DNA of 63,498 bases, counting the filler, from Octopus bimaculoides (taxonomy: Eukaryota), in the NCBI RefSeq assembly GCF_001194135.2. It is 7 parts of 7 records of this genome, joined end to end, with 100 filler letters (N's around TTAATTAATTAA, not from the genome) between each part and the next. Parts side by side here need not be neighbours in the genome. Positions count along the whole stretch, not along the records: positions 1 to 14,243 come from NC_068981.1; positions 14,344 to 28,393 come from NC_068993.1; 5 more parts are not named here. One strand, written 5' to 3'. Made by a program: the position numbers and the translations under genes. Under the pieces are notes generated by a model. It saw only the letters and a program-made list of their open reading frames with translations, was not told the origin of the DNA and made no database searches. Shown one piece after another: positions 9,764 through 20,285 of this stretch (position 1 is its first letter; the number at the start of each line of letters is the position of its first letter).

Positions 9764-10990
9764 TCAGTTTGCATAGCCCATGGTATGACTAGTAATATTT
9801 GACAGAAATCCCCTGCAAGGACAACAGTTAAGCCCCATAATGGCAGTATTGTTTCTAATATCACTTAGTGACCTATCTAGGGCTTCTAGTACACCACGGT
9901 ATGCCATTGTGCATTCATCCCAGACAATAAGTGTAGTTTGGAGCAAAACTTCCGCTGTCGGTGATCGTTTCGAAATATTGCACATTTGAGCATTTGTTGA
10001 AGTCAAAGTGAAAGGTAATTTGAATGTTGAGTGAGCTGTTCATCCAGCTGTTAACAAAGTTGCTGCTATCTCTGATGATGCAACAGCAATCGCTATGTTT
10101 CCCAATTGCCTTATTTTTAACAAAAGTAGGTTAAGTAGGAACGTTTTCCCCATTCCTCCTGGTGCATCAATGAAGAAAATATGTCCGTCTCCTTGCAAGG
10201 TAGACACTACTATTTCATTGTAAACAGACCTTTGCTCAGCTTGCAATAATGGTTCACTTTCATCAAGTTACCTTTTCAGGGCATCCAAATCGTATGCTCT
10301 TTCTCGAATGACTTCTCTTGAAAGGCCCTGATGTTCAGCTGATGGTGTTGGAAGGCCATAGTAGGATAAGCTTTTGCTCCCAATGGAATTAAGCATGTCT
10401 TTTAAATGCCGTAATTCTTCAGTGTATATAACATCCAAGAAGGAGACACTTGGCCCATGCAACGATCAAGCTTCATGAAGTATGTCATCAGATAGGCTGT
10501 CTTTGTGGTTTTCCCAAAGTTGTAATGGATTCAGTAAATCGCAATGGTACAACATGATGGCAATGAATCTTCTTGGTTGGTGCATGCTGTTGCTGTGTCA
10601 GAAAGAGCTAAACTCCAGTGACCGCCATCTTTGAGAAGACCTCATAGTTGGCAGGCTTGCCGAAATGTTTCGCAAATCAAGGAGTTTAATATTTTAAGGT
10701 CTTTGAATGACGTTGGTCCAGAAACTTTGTGGAGGAGCATCTGGAGACAGTAGCATTCGAAGTTTTTGGGGTCAACTGTATAAACTCAACCTAGAATGTT
10801 ACTTTTTTTTATATGTGGATGCCTTTCGACAGTTACACAAAGGTCTCTCCACTTCCACTTCTTAACATGGTTATTCAAGGTGTAATACTTTGGTACATCT
10901 GGGTAGAAGATGGTCGCGGTGAATGCATCACATCTACACAGCAAAGTGTGTATCAACTGAAATTAAAATCCTGGTTCAATGACAGATCGA
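9764..10990 (-). mobile_element. Degenerate Helitron Rep C-terminus/PIF1 helicase fragment
   Basis: VYTVDPKNFECYCLQMLLHKVSGPTSFKDLK; FFIDAPGGMGKTFLLN (Walker A); IVWDECTM (motif II); ALDRSLSDIR. Multiple stops. Confidence 0.92.
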
Positions 10991-12288
10991 TCAAGTTACT
11001 AAAGCTTTAACATTGTTGGCAACAATATATTCTCTCTTTTAATTGAATATCGAAACAGAGAGAAAATGCAAGGGAAATTAATTTTGGCAGTAACGACTAA
11101 ACCCCTTGATTCATTATCATAATTTTCTCCAGACTTTTAGCTGTTATTTTTAGTATATCTAGTTTTGTGGTGAGGATTTGTGGTCCTTTTCCTCTTTCAC
11201 TATAAATCTACGCATGCAGAAATGGACAAAATAGCCGTTCATTTTCACTTTTAGACAGTGGGATGGAGTGTGGATCAATTTTGGAGTTTTANNNNNNNNN
11301 NNNNNNNNNNNNNNNNNNNNNNNNNNNNNNNNNNNNNNNNNNNNNNNNNNNNNNNNNNNNNNNNNNNNNNNNNNNNNNNNNNNNNNNNNNNNNNNNNNNN
11401 NNNNNNNNNNNNNNNNNNNNNNNNNNNNNNNNNNNNNNNNNNNNNNNNNNNNNNNNNNNNNNNNNNNNNNNNNNNNNNNNNNNNNNNNNNNNNNNNNNNN
11501 NNNNNNNNNNNNNNNNNNNNNNNNNNNNNNNNNNNNNNNNNNNNNNNNNNNNNNNNNNNNNNNNNNNNNNNNNNNNNNNNNNNNNNNNNNNNNNNNNNNN
11601 NNNNNNNNNNNNNNNNNNNNNNNNNNNNNNNNNNNNNNNNNNNNNNNNNNNNNNNNNNNNNNNNNNNNNNNNNNNNNNNNNNNNNNNNNNNNNNNNNNNN
11701 NNNNNNNNNNNNNNNNNNNNNNNNNNNNNNNNNNNNNNNNNNNNNNNNNNNNNNNNNNNNNNNNNNNNNNNNNNNNNNNNNNNNNNNNNNNNNNNNNNNN
11801 NNNNNNNNNNNNNNNNNNNNNNNNNNNNNNNNNNNNNNNNNNNNNNNNNNNNNNNNNNNNNNNNNNNNNNNNNNNNNNNNNNNNNNNNNNNNNNNNNNNN
11901 NNNNNNNNNNNNNNNNNNNNNNNNNNNNNNNNNNNNNNNNNNNNNNNNNNNNNNNNNNNNNNNNNNNNNNNNNNNNNNNNNNNNNNNNNNNNNNNNNNNN
12001 NNNNNNNNNNNNNNNNNNNNNNNNNNNNNNNNNNNNNNNNNNNNNNNNNNNNNNNNNNNNNNNNNNNNNNNNNNNNNNNNNNNNNNNNNNNNNNNNNNNN
12101 NNNNNNNNNNNNNNNNNNNNNNNNNNNNNNNNNNNNNNNNNNNNNNNNNNNNNNNNNNNNNNNNNNNNNNNNNNNNNNNNNNNNNNNNNNNNNNNNNNNN
12201 NNNNNNNNNNNNNNNNNNTATATATATGATTATATATATATTGATATATATAACTTTATATATATATATATACACACATATATATATA

Positions 12289-12700
12289 TCATCATCATCA
12301 TCATCATCGTTTAACATCCGCTTTCCATGCTAGCATGGGTTGGACGCTTTGACTGAGGATGGGCAAACCAGATGGCTGCACCAGGCTCCAATCTGATCTG
12401 GCAGAGTTTCTACAGCTGGACGCCCTTCCTAATGCCAACTACTCTCAGAGTGTAGTGGGTTCTTTTACGTGCCACCGGAACGAGGACCAGCGTGGCAGAA
12501 CTGGCAATGGCCATGCTCAAATGGTGTTTTTTACATGCCACCTGCACAGGAGTCAGTCCAGCGGCACTGGCAATGACCTCATGCCATTTTCGCTCTACTG
12601 GTCATTCATTACAACACCTGTCTGTGTTCAGATTGTCTTTGCACAGGGGCCATCTGAACTCCTGTTTTTGCCGTGAACAGGAATTAATCTTCTCTCTTCA
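12289..12700 (-). mobile_element. RTE-type element 3' end (family C), longer copy
   Basis: (tca)n tail, then tcgtttaacatccgctttccatgctagcatgggttggac...ctacagctggacgcccttcc. Similar to 14028-14243. Diverged copies at about 6184-6330 and 13120-13330. Confidence 0.75.
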
Positions 12701-14027
12701 CTCCTTTGCCCCACATGGGCTCAACTTCTCTCCCTTCTTCATCTGCTTTGAGAGGTTTACTTGAATGAATCGACCCCAGAACTTTTTTTTTAAGCATGGT
12801 ACTTATTCTATTGATCTTTTTTTGCTAAACTGGTAAATTATGGGGACATAAACACACCAGTACCAGTTGTCAAGAGGTACTGAGGACAAAGACACACACA
12901 CACACACATATAGATATACAATGGGCTTCTTTCAGTTTCCATCTACCAAATCCACTCACAAGGCTTTGATCAACCCAAGGCTATAGTATAAAACACTTGC
13001 CCAAACTGGCACACAGTGGGACTGAACCCAGAACCATGAGATTGGGAAGCAAACTTCTTACCACACAGCCGCGGCTGTGCCTAGCCACATATACATAACC
13101 AAATTAAAGTCTACTTGTTTATGCTTGCATGAGTCAGACTATATTCATTGTGGCATATTTTCTACGACTGGATGCGCTTCCTTCTGCCAGCCCTCACCTG
13201 TTTTCAAGCAAGGTAATATTTCCCCATAGTGGACCATATTTTCACAGAAGATTGGAAATGAATGACATTGCTTGAATGACGGTGATGCTAGTTTAACAAC
13301 TCTCATACAATGCCAAAACAATGAGATATACACACACACAGACATACCTTTTATCCTTTCCTTGTTCCAGTCATTGGACTGCTGCAGCATTGGAGTATTT
13401 ATGCCTTATTTCTAGCAATGTAGGTGTTTCTAACACCCTCAGTCCAATTTAACGAGGGTTACAGTTTTCCTTTTTGGTACACATTGCTTACCACTGCCTG
13501 CATTAAAATAAGCACACTGGGGAAAAAATGCTTAGTAGCATTTCTTCTGACTTTACATTCTGAGTTCAAATTTTGTTGAGGTCAACTTCGCATTTCATCC
13601 TTTTTGGATCGATAAAATAAGTACCAGTAAAATACTTGGGTTGATATAATCGATTAACAACCTCCCCCAAAACCTTAGGCATAGTGCCTATAGTAAAAAG
13701 GGATGTATGTACGTATGACTGGCTTCTTTCAGTTTCCGTCTAAGGCTTTGGTTGGCCTGGGGCTATAGTAGAAGATATTAATCCAAGGTGCCACACAGTG
13801 AGACGGAACCCAGAGCTATGCGGTTGAGAAGGAAGCTCCAAACACGCGCACGTTTATTGGGCTATCTTCAGATTCAGTCTCTCAAATCTACGCACAAGGC
13901 TCTAGTCAGCTCGGGACTATGGCAGAAGACACTTGCCCAAGGTGCTACTCAGTTTGACTGAGGTAGAAACTACGCGAGTGAGTGAGCGGGTGAGAGAGAG
14001 AGAGATTTAAACTTGTAATATATATAT

Positions 14028-14243
14028 CATCATCATCATCATCATCGTTTAACGTCCGCTTTCCATGCTAGCATGGGTTGGACGATTTGACTGAGGACTG
14101 GTGAAACCGGATGGCAACACCAGGCTCCAGTCTGATTTGGCAGAGTTTCTACAGCTGGATGCCCTTCCTAACGCCAACCACTCAGAGAGTGTAGTGGGTG
14201 CTTTTACGTGTCACCCGCACGAAAACGGCCACGCTCGAAATGG
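14028..14243 (-). mobile_element. RTE-type element 3' end (family C), cut by scaffold end
   Basis: Same sequence as 12289 onward; runs into the spacer gap. Confidence 0.75.
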
Positions 14244-14343
14244 NNNNNNNNNNNNNNNNNNNNNNNNNNNNNNNNNNNNNNNNNNNNTTAATTAATTAAN
14301 NNNNNNNNNNNNNNNNNNNNNNNNNNNNNNNNNNNNNNNNNNN
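14244..14343. other. Artificial scaffold-join spacer 44N-TTAATTAATTAA-44N
   Basis: Exactly 100 bp with a six-frame stop linker at 14288-14299. Confidence 0.97.
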
Positions 14344-15555
14344 TTTGAAACACCTAAAAGATAACATACACACACATATATATATAAACGTACACATATA
14401 TTCATATACGTATACACACACATATCCATCCATCCATCCATACACACATAGACACCCGCATACGTTCACATGCTCGTATACTGCTAAATTTAAACATCTA
14501 AACACACACACACAAACACATATAAACTCACACATATTCATGTGTACATACACACACACACACACATCCATCCATCCGTCCAGACATGCATACACACATA
14601 CATACTTACACACACATATACATACATACATACGCTTACACATACATACATACATACTTTCGTATGCTCGCATACAGCTAAATTTAAACATCTGCATACA
14701 CACACACACGCACATACATACACGCATACACACACACAAACAAACACGCACGTACTGTGTTTGCGACCGTGTGCGGGTATGTGTGTGCGCGTGCATAAGT
14801 TTCCGTCTTATTGCGCATGGGTAGACATCTGTGTGTGTATGTAAGAATTTGAGTACCTACACATAAGTGTGTGCGTGTATGTATGTGTATGTTTCTGTGA
14901 GCGGTAAACTTGTTTAATCTGGACAATGAGTGCGTGTGTATAGATAGTTGTGTGCGTATGTGTACGTGTGAGAGAAAATTCCTGTGTGTGCGTGAGGGTG
15001 TGTGAGAAGATGCCTGTGTGTGTGTGTGTGTGTGTGTGTCCGAGTGTTGTGTTGTTTCAAGTTGTCTGNNNNNNNNNNNNNNNNNNNNNNNNNNNNNNNN
15101 NNNNNNNNNNNNNNNNNNNNNNNNNNNNNNNNNNNNNNNNNNNNNNNNNNNNNNNNNNNNNNNNNNNNNNNNNNNNNNNNNNNNNNNNNNNNNNNNNNNN
15201 NNNNNNNNNNNNNNNNNNNNNNNNNNNNNNNNNNNNNNNNNNNNNNNNNNNNNNNNNNNNNNNNNNNNNNNNNNNNNNNNNNNNNNNNNNNNNNNNNNNN
15301 NNNNNNNNNNNNNNNNNNNNNNNNNNNNNNNNNNNACCCACACATACATAGAAGTGCGGGTTCGCGTCCCACCTGTGCGGAAAACGTTGCTTTTTTCCGT
15401 CGCGGGCTGTTATATGCTCTAGTATTAGACTATTTATGTTAGTCAATGCACAGTGATCGCTTATAAGCTTTACGCTTATCAAATATTATTGTTATTATTT
15501 ATAGAATTGTTAAACCACCGCTGCTTACCAAATAATCACACACACACACACACAT

Positions 15556-15890
15556 TGCGTGGCACCTTGGGCAAGTGTCTTCTGTAGCTTCGGGCTGACC
15601 AAAGCTTTGTGAGTGGATTTGGTAGACGGAAACTGAAAGAAGCCCGTCGTATGCATATGTATATATGTGTGTGTGTATATGTCTGCGTGTCTGTGTTTGT
15701 CCCCCCCCCCCAACATCGCTTGACAACCGATGCTGGTGTGTTTACGTCCCCGTAAAGTAGCGGTTCGCAAAAGATATCGATAGAATAAACACTAGGCTTA
15801 CAAAGAATAAGTCCTGGGGTCGATTTGCTCGACTAAATGCGGTGCTCCAGCATGGCCGCAGTCAAATGATTGAAACAAGTAAAAGAATAA
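15556..15890 (+). mobile_element. SINE family B (5'-truncated)
   Basis: gcgtggcaccttgggcaagtgtcttct ... cagtcaaatgattgaaacaagtaaaaga. Confidence 0.9.
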
Positions 15891-15895
15891 AAGAA

Positions 15896-15927
<32 letters not shown>

Positions 15928-15969
15928 TCGTTTATCTTTTTCAGTCACACAAACACATACATATATATA

Positions 15970-16130
15970 TACACACGACGGTCTTCATTCAGTTTCCGTC
16001 TACCAAATCCACTCACAAAGCTTTGGTAGGCCCGAGGCTATAGTAGAAGACACTTGCTCAAAGTGCTATGCAGTGGGACTGAACCCGGAACCATTTGGTT
16101 GGTAAGCAAGCTCCTTACCACACAGCCACT
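15970..16130 (-). mobile_element. SINE family B 5' half
   Basis: ttcagtttccgtctaccaaatccactcacaaagc ... cttaccacacagccac. Confidence 0.9.
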
Positions 16131-16677
16131 CCTAATATATTATATATATATCTGTGAGTGCGTGTATATAAATATACGTGTGTGTACGTGTGTGTTAAGA
16201 ACCTATGTATGTTTAGGATGTGATTGTATATCTGTAAGTATAAGGTTTTGATTGTAAATGTGTATGTTGGTTTTGTAGTGTGGTTACGTACGCCTTTGAG
16301 TGTGCGTATGGATGTGTGTAAAGTACGTGTGTATGGAAGAGTATGTGTGTGTAGAACTGCTAGTGTCTGTGTGTTTGTGTGTCATCAACTTTTATGTGTG
16401 TATGTGTGTGTGTGTTTAGGGCGATATATTCATGGCTTTATAAATGTGTTTGCGTGTGTGCCTTGTCTTCTGTTGTGTATGCGTGTGTTCTTCATAACGT
16501 GTATAAGCTTACCTGCGGAAATATCCGAGTACCATGTGCGCGCGCGTGCGTGCGTATGAGTGTGTGTGTGTGTCTGTGCATGTGTGTGATGCTCGCGCGC
16601 ATAAACTCTAAGGTGACCGATATCACAAGTAATTAACGTTGGATATCTTTTTTATCACACTACACTTTAGTGTTTAA

Positions 16678-16680
16678 CAC

Positions 16681-16733
<53 letters not shown>

Positions 16734-16816
16734 CCTACCTGTCTATCTATGTATCTATCTCTATCTCTCTATATCTATCTATCGATCTATCCGTCCATCC
16801 AACCATCCATCCATCC

Positions 16817-16875
<59 letters not shown>
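16678..16875. repeat. (TCTA)n/(CATC)n compound microsatellite
   Basis: Visible directly in the sequence. Confidence 0.95.
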
Positions 16876-19625
16876 ACCCACCTTACTACCTGCCTCAAAT
16901 GTAGCGCTTTTCAGATATAAACCACCAAGTTCGTTCCTGCTAGTTCCTAAGCCACCTAAATCTCTCTCTCTCTCTCTCTATTCTCTTCAACCAATTCTAA
17001 GGTTACCTTTTTTTTCTCACCCTCTCCTTATCTACTTCTTCCTTCTGTCTGTCCGTTTGTATCTTAATCGCTCCCTTATTCCTCTCCAGGTTTTTCTCTC
17101 TCTCTCTCTCCCACATAACGAACCGGAACAATAATTCTGCTTTTTAAATTCTAAACCCTCTGTCCCCACTCCCCAACCTTTCACCCCGTTCCCCCCTCTT
17201 TCTCTTTCTATCTCTCTCTTATTTTCACTCTTACTCTTTCTCTATTACTCTCTCTGTCCGTTTGCTTTCCTCTCTTTCACCGCCCTTTCGACATTACAGC
17301 CGCTACTGACTCCGACTGCTGCTGCTGCTGAAAGTTCTACACCACCATCGCCACCACTACCACCACCACCACCACCACCACTAGTTTAACTATCTTNNNN
17401 NNNNNNATAGAATGATATGATGATGATGATGATGATGACACCATCCCCGCCACCACTACTGGTATCATTTCGACGCCCCTACTATAGCCACCGCCACCTT
17501 TGCTGCTGCTACTACCACTACTACTACTACCACCACCACTACTATCATCATCATTATCTTCATGGTCATCATCAGTACTACACGGACGTTCTTCTATCTT
17601 TACTGACCAAGCTAACTGACCACCACCACCAACAGCAATACCACCGCTATCACCGGTTCAAAACAACACTCCCATCGTCACTATCATTCTANNNNNNNNN
17701 NNNNNNNNNNNNNNNNNNNNNNNNNNNNNNNNNNNNNNNNNNNNNNNNNNNNNNNNNNNNNNNNNNNNNNNNNNNNNNNNNNNNNNNNNNNNNNNNNNNN
17801 NNNNNNNNNNNNNNNNNNNNNNACCACCACCACCACCACCACCACCCCGATCGAACGCCCGATCGATCAAATTGACTACAACCACCACCTCCACCACCAC
17901 CGCCACCATCACCTACACATACCATTCTTTCGGTGTGCAGAATCAACAAAAATCTCTCTCACACATGCACACACATATTCACACAGACACAGACACACAC
18001 ACACACTCACACGCACACAAGCACATGCATAAATACATACAAATCAAGCACTTTGCAATACAATAATAAAAAAAAGAAAGAAAATATCCTCTATGTGGTC
18101 GCGCTGATCTGCTAGAAATGTCAGCTAAATCGCCCTCGAATAAAACACACGCAACTTAAAACTTATCGCCTGCAATTTGGGAAACGTCACATCGGATAAT
18201 GTATTCAATCTCACATACATACATACCGTTGAAAAGGCGGAATGGTCACGAGTGGAACGTCTTTAATCATAAGCCTGCTCGATCAGCTCACTGTGGGTTG
18301 ACCTGGGGTTAAAACAACAGTAACAACAAATAGTAACGAGGACAAGAAGAAGAACAACAACAACAATATGCGAGCCAATCAGGAAGCGTTTTCTACCGAG
18401 GGTCGTTTGGCCTGCTGGAAATAACAGCCAAATCACTCTCATATCACACATAGCCCTACTGTGTTTAAAAGAAGGAAAACACTCACTGCAGAATGTAGTC
18501 CTAGATACATAATGTCCAAAACTAAAGGTGGAAAAAAAAATACAGGATGGTCACGGCTGGAATCACTTTGTTTGTAGTTGGTCTGCTTGATCAAGGCTGA
18601 CCTAGGTTGTAAAACATCAACAACGACAATCCGTTCATTCCTTCATTCCGTTGTTCGTTCTATTCTTATTTCTGTTCGATTTAATATTCTCTGTTATATT
18701 CCTTTCTATTACATTCACTTCATTCCTTTATATCTCCTAATCCTAATCCTCTATTCTCAAATTCTTAAATTCTCTCTCTCACTCTCACATACACACAAGC
18801 ACACTCACATAGATACACTTTCTCCCCTTACCCCCTCTTCCTCTAAATCTCTTTTGTTCTTTCTTTCTCTCCCTCCCTCTTTGTACTTTATTCTTTTCTC
18901 TTTTTTTCCTCCCCTTACCACGTCCTTCTTTCTTTCTCTCCCTTGTTTCCTTTAGCAACTCTCTCTCTCTCTCTCTCTCCTACTCCTTCCTGTGATCTCT
19001 GTTTAGATTCTCTCCTCCCCTTCCTCTTCCTCTGCGTTTCTTTGCTTCCTCTTACTCTATTTTCTCACCTCTGTATTTCTCTCCCTCCCCCTCTGTCTCT
19101 CTCTCTCTCTCTCCACACCTCTTACTCGCTCACTCCCTCAATAAGTCTTCTCTTCTTTTCCCTCCCTCCCTCTCNNNNNNNNNNCTTACTCACTCACTCC
19201 CTCAATAAGTCTTCTCTTCTTTTCCCTCCCCCCCTCTCCTTTACGCTGCTGCTATTGTAGCAATTGCTGGGACGGAAGGAAGGAAGAACGGACGGACTGA
19301 CGGACGGACGGACGGTCGGGCAGGCGGACAGGCGGACTGACACATCGACGAACTGGCAGCACTGACCGACTGACTGACTGACAAACAGGCAGACAGACAC
19401 ACACACACACATACACACACATACATACATACACATACATACCTTTACATGCACCCACACATATACATACACGCGGATATAGTCTCATAGACACATACGT
19501 ACATATACATACATACATACATACATACATACATACACACGCACCGACACGTTACACAAACATTCACTCACACATGTAGATATATAAACACATACATACG
19601 CACACTTACACCCTCACATGCACGC

Positions 19626-19656
<31 letters not shown>

Positions 19657-19958
19657 CACAGATAACGACACGCACATAGACACACACACACACACACATA
19701 AAAATAACCACGCTATATAGACAAGAAAAAAAAAGAAAATCACGAAGTAAAAGCAAAAAAAAATAAACAAAAAAACGGCCAAGCAGGCAGGCAGGCAGGC
19801 GGTAGGGAGGGCGGACTGACAGACAGACAAACCGACTGACAGACATACAGACCGACCGACCGACCGACCAACCGACCAACCAGCCGACAGCCCCGACAGA
19901 GGAAGATTTCTGTGAAAAGCGAGAGGAAAGAAAAACAGTTTCAAGTTTGAAGTTTTCT

Positions 19959-19994
19959 ATGCGTGGTGTGCCAAGGTGCCCTGGCGTATCCTAG
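19959..19994 (+). promoter_or_regulatory. Upstream ORF MRGVPRCPGVS*, in frame with mastermind
   Basis: ATG 19959-19961 and TAG 19992-19994. The ATG is 66 nt (22 codons) before the main ATG, with no other stop in between. Assumes this region is transcribed. Confidence 0.55.
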
Positions 19995-20024
19995 GGAACT
20001 GCCAGTCACGCTGCTCTCGATAGC

Positions 20025-20285
20025 ATGGGGGATCTTCTATCCCCAAGTCGTAGGGATGTGGTAGATCGACTCAGAAGACGAGTGGACATTTACAGGCGAC
20101 ACAACCACGGTTGTTTACAGAGGTACGACCCGAGCTTTCAAAGCCTCAGTGAGCAGTCGCAAAGAGAGACCATTTTACTTTACCGCAGGCTGTTGGCTAG
20201 CAAAAACCGTAGCCCCAAATCTAAAAATAATTCTAAGGACTTATCTGGCGGATCTTCAGAACAGCGAACGTCCAACGTTCTAACG
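20025..20285 (+). CDS. mam: Mastermind (MAML family Notch co-activator), first coding exon with MamL-1 helix
   Basis: MGDLLSPSRRDVVDRLRRRVDIYRRHNHGCLQRYDPSFQSLSEQSQRETILLYRRLLASKN matches the family motif VVDRLRRR..YRR....C..RY...F....EQ...ET..L..R.L.SK. Strong Kozak agcATGG; donor ACG|GTAAGT at 20286, phase 0. Confidence 0.95.

Noticed and set aside
14288-14299. TTAATTAATTAA palindrome repeated six times at intervals
   Set aside because: Synthetic linker centred in fixed 44-N blocks; not biological and not a CRISPR-like repeat.
17417-17690. His/Tyr-rich ORF upstream of mastermind
   Set aside because: Translation of decayed (CAC/TAC)n microsatellite, with no splice link to exon 1.
18372-18388. 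CCAAT plus ETS-like motif (agccaatcaggaag)
   Set aside because: Lies between two old repeat fragments 1.6 kb from the ATG; no independent support.
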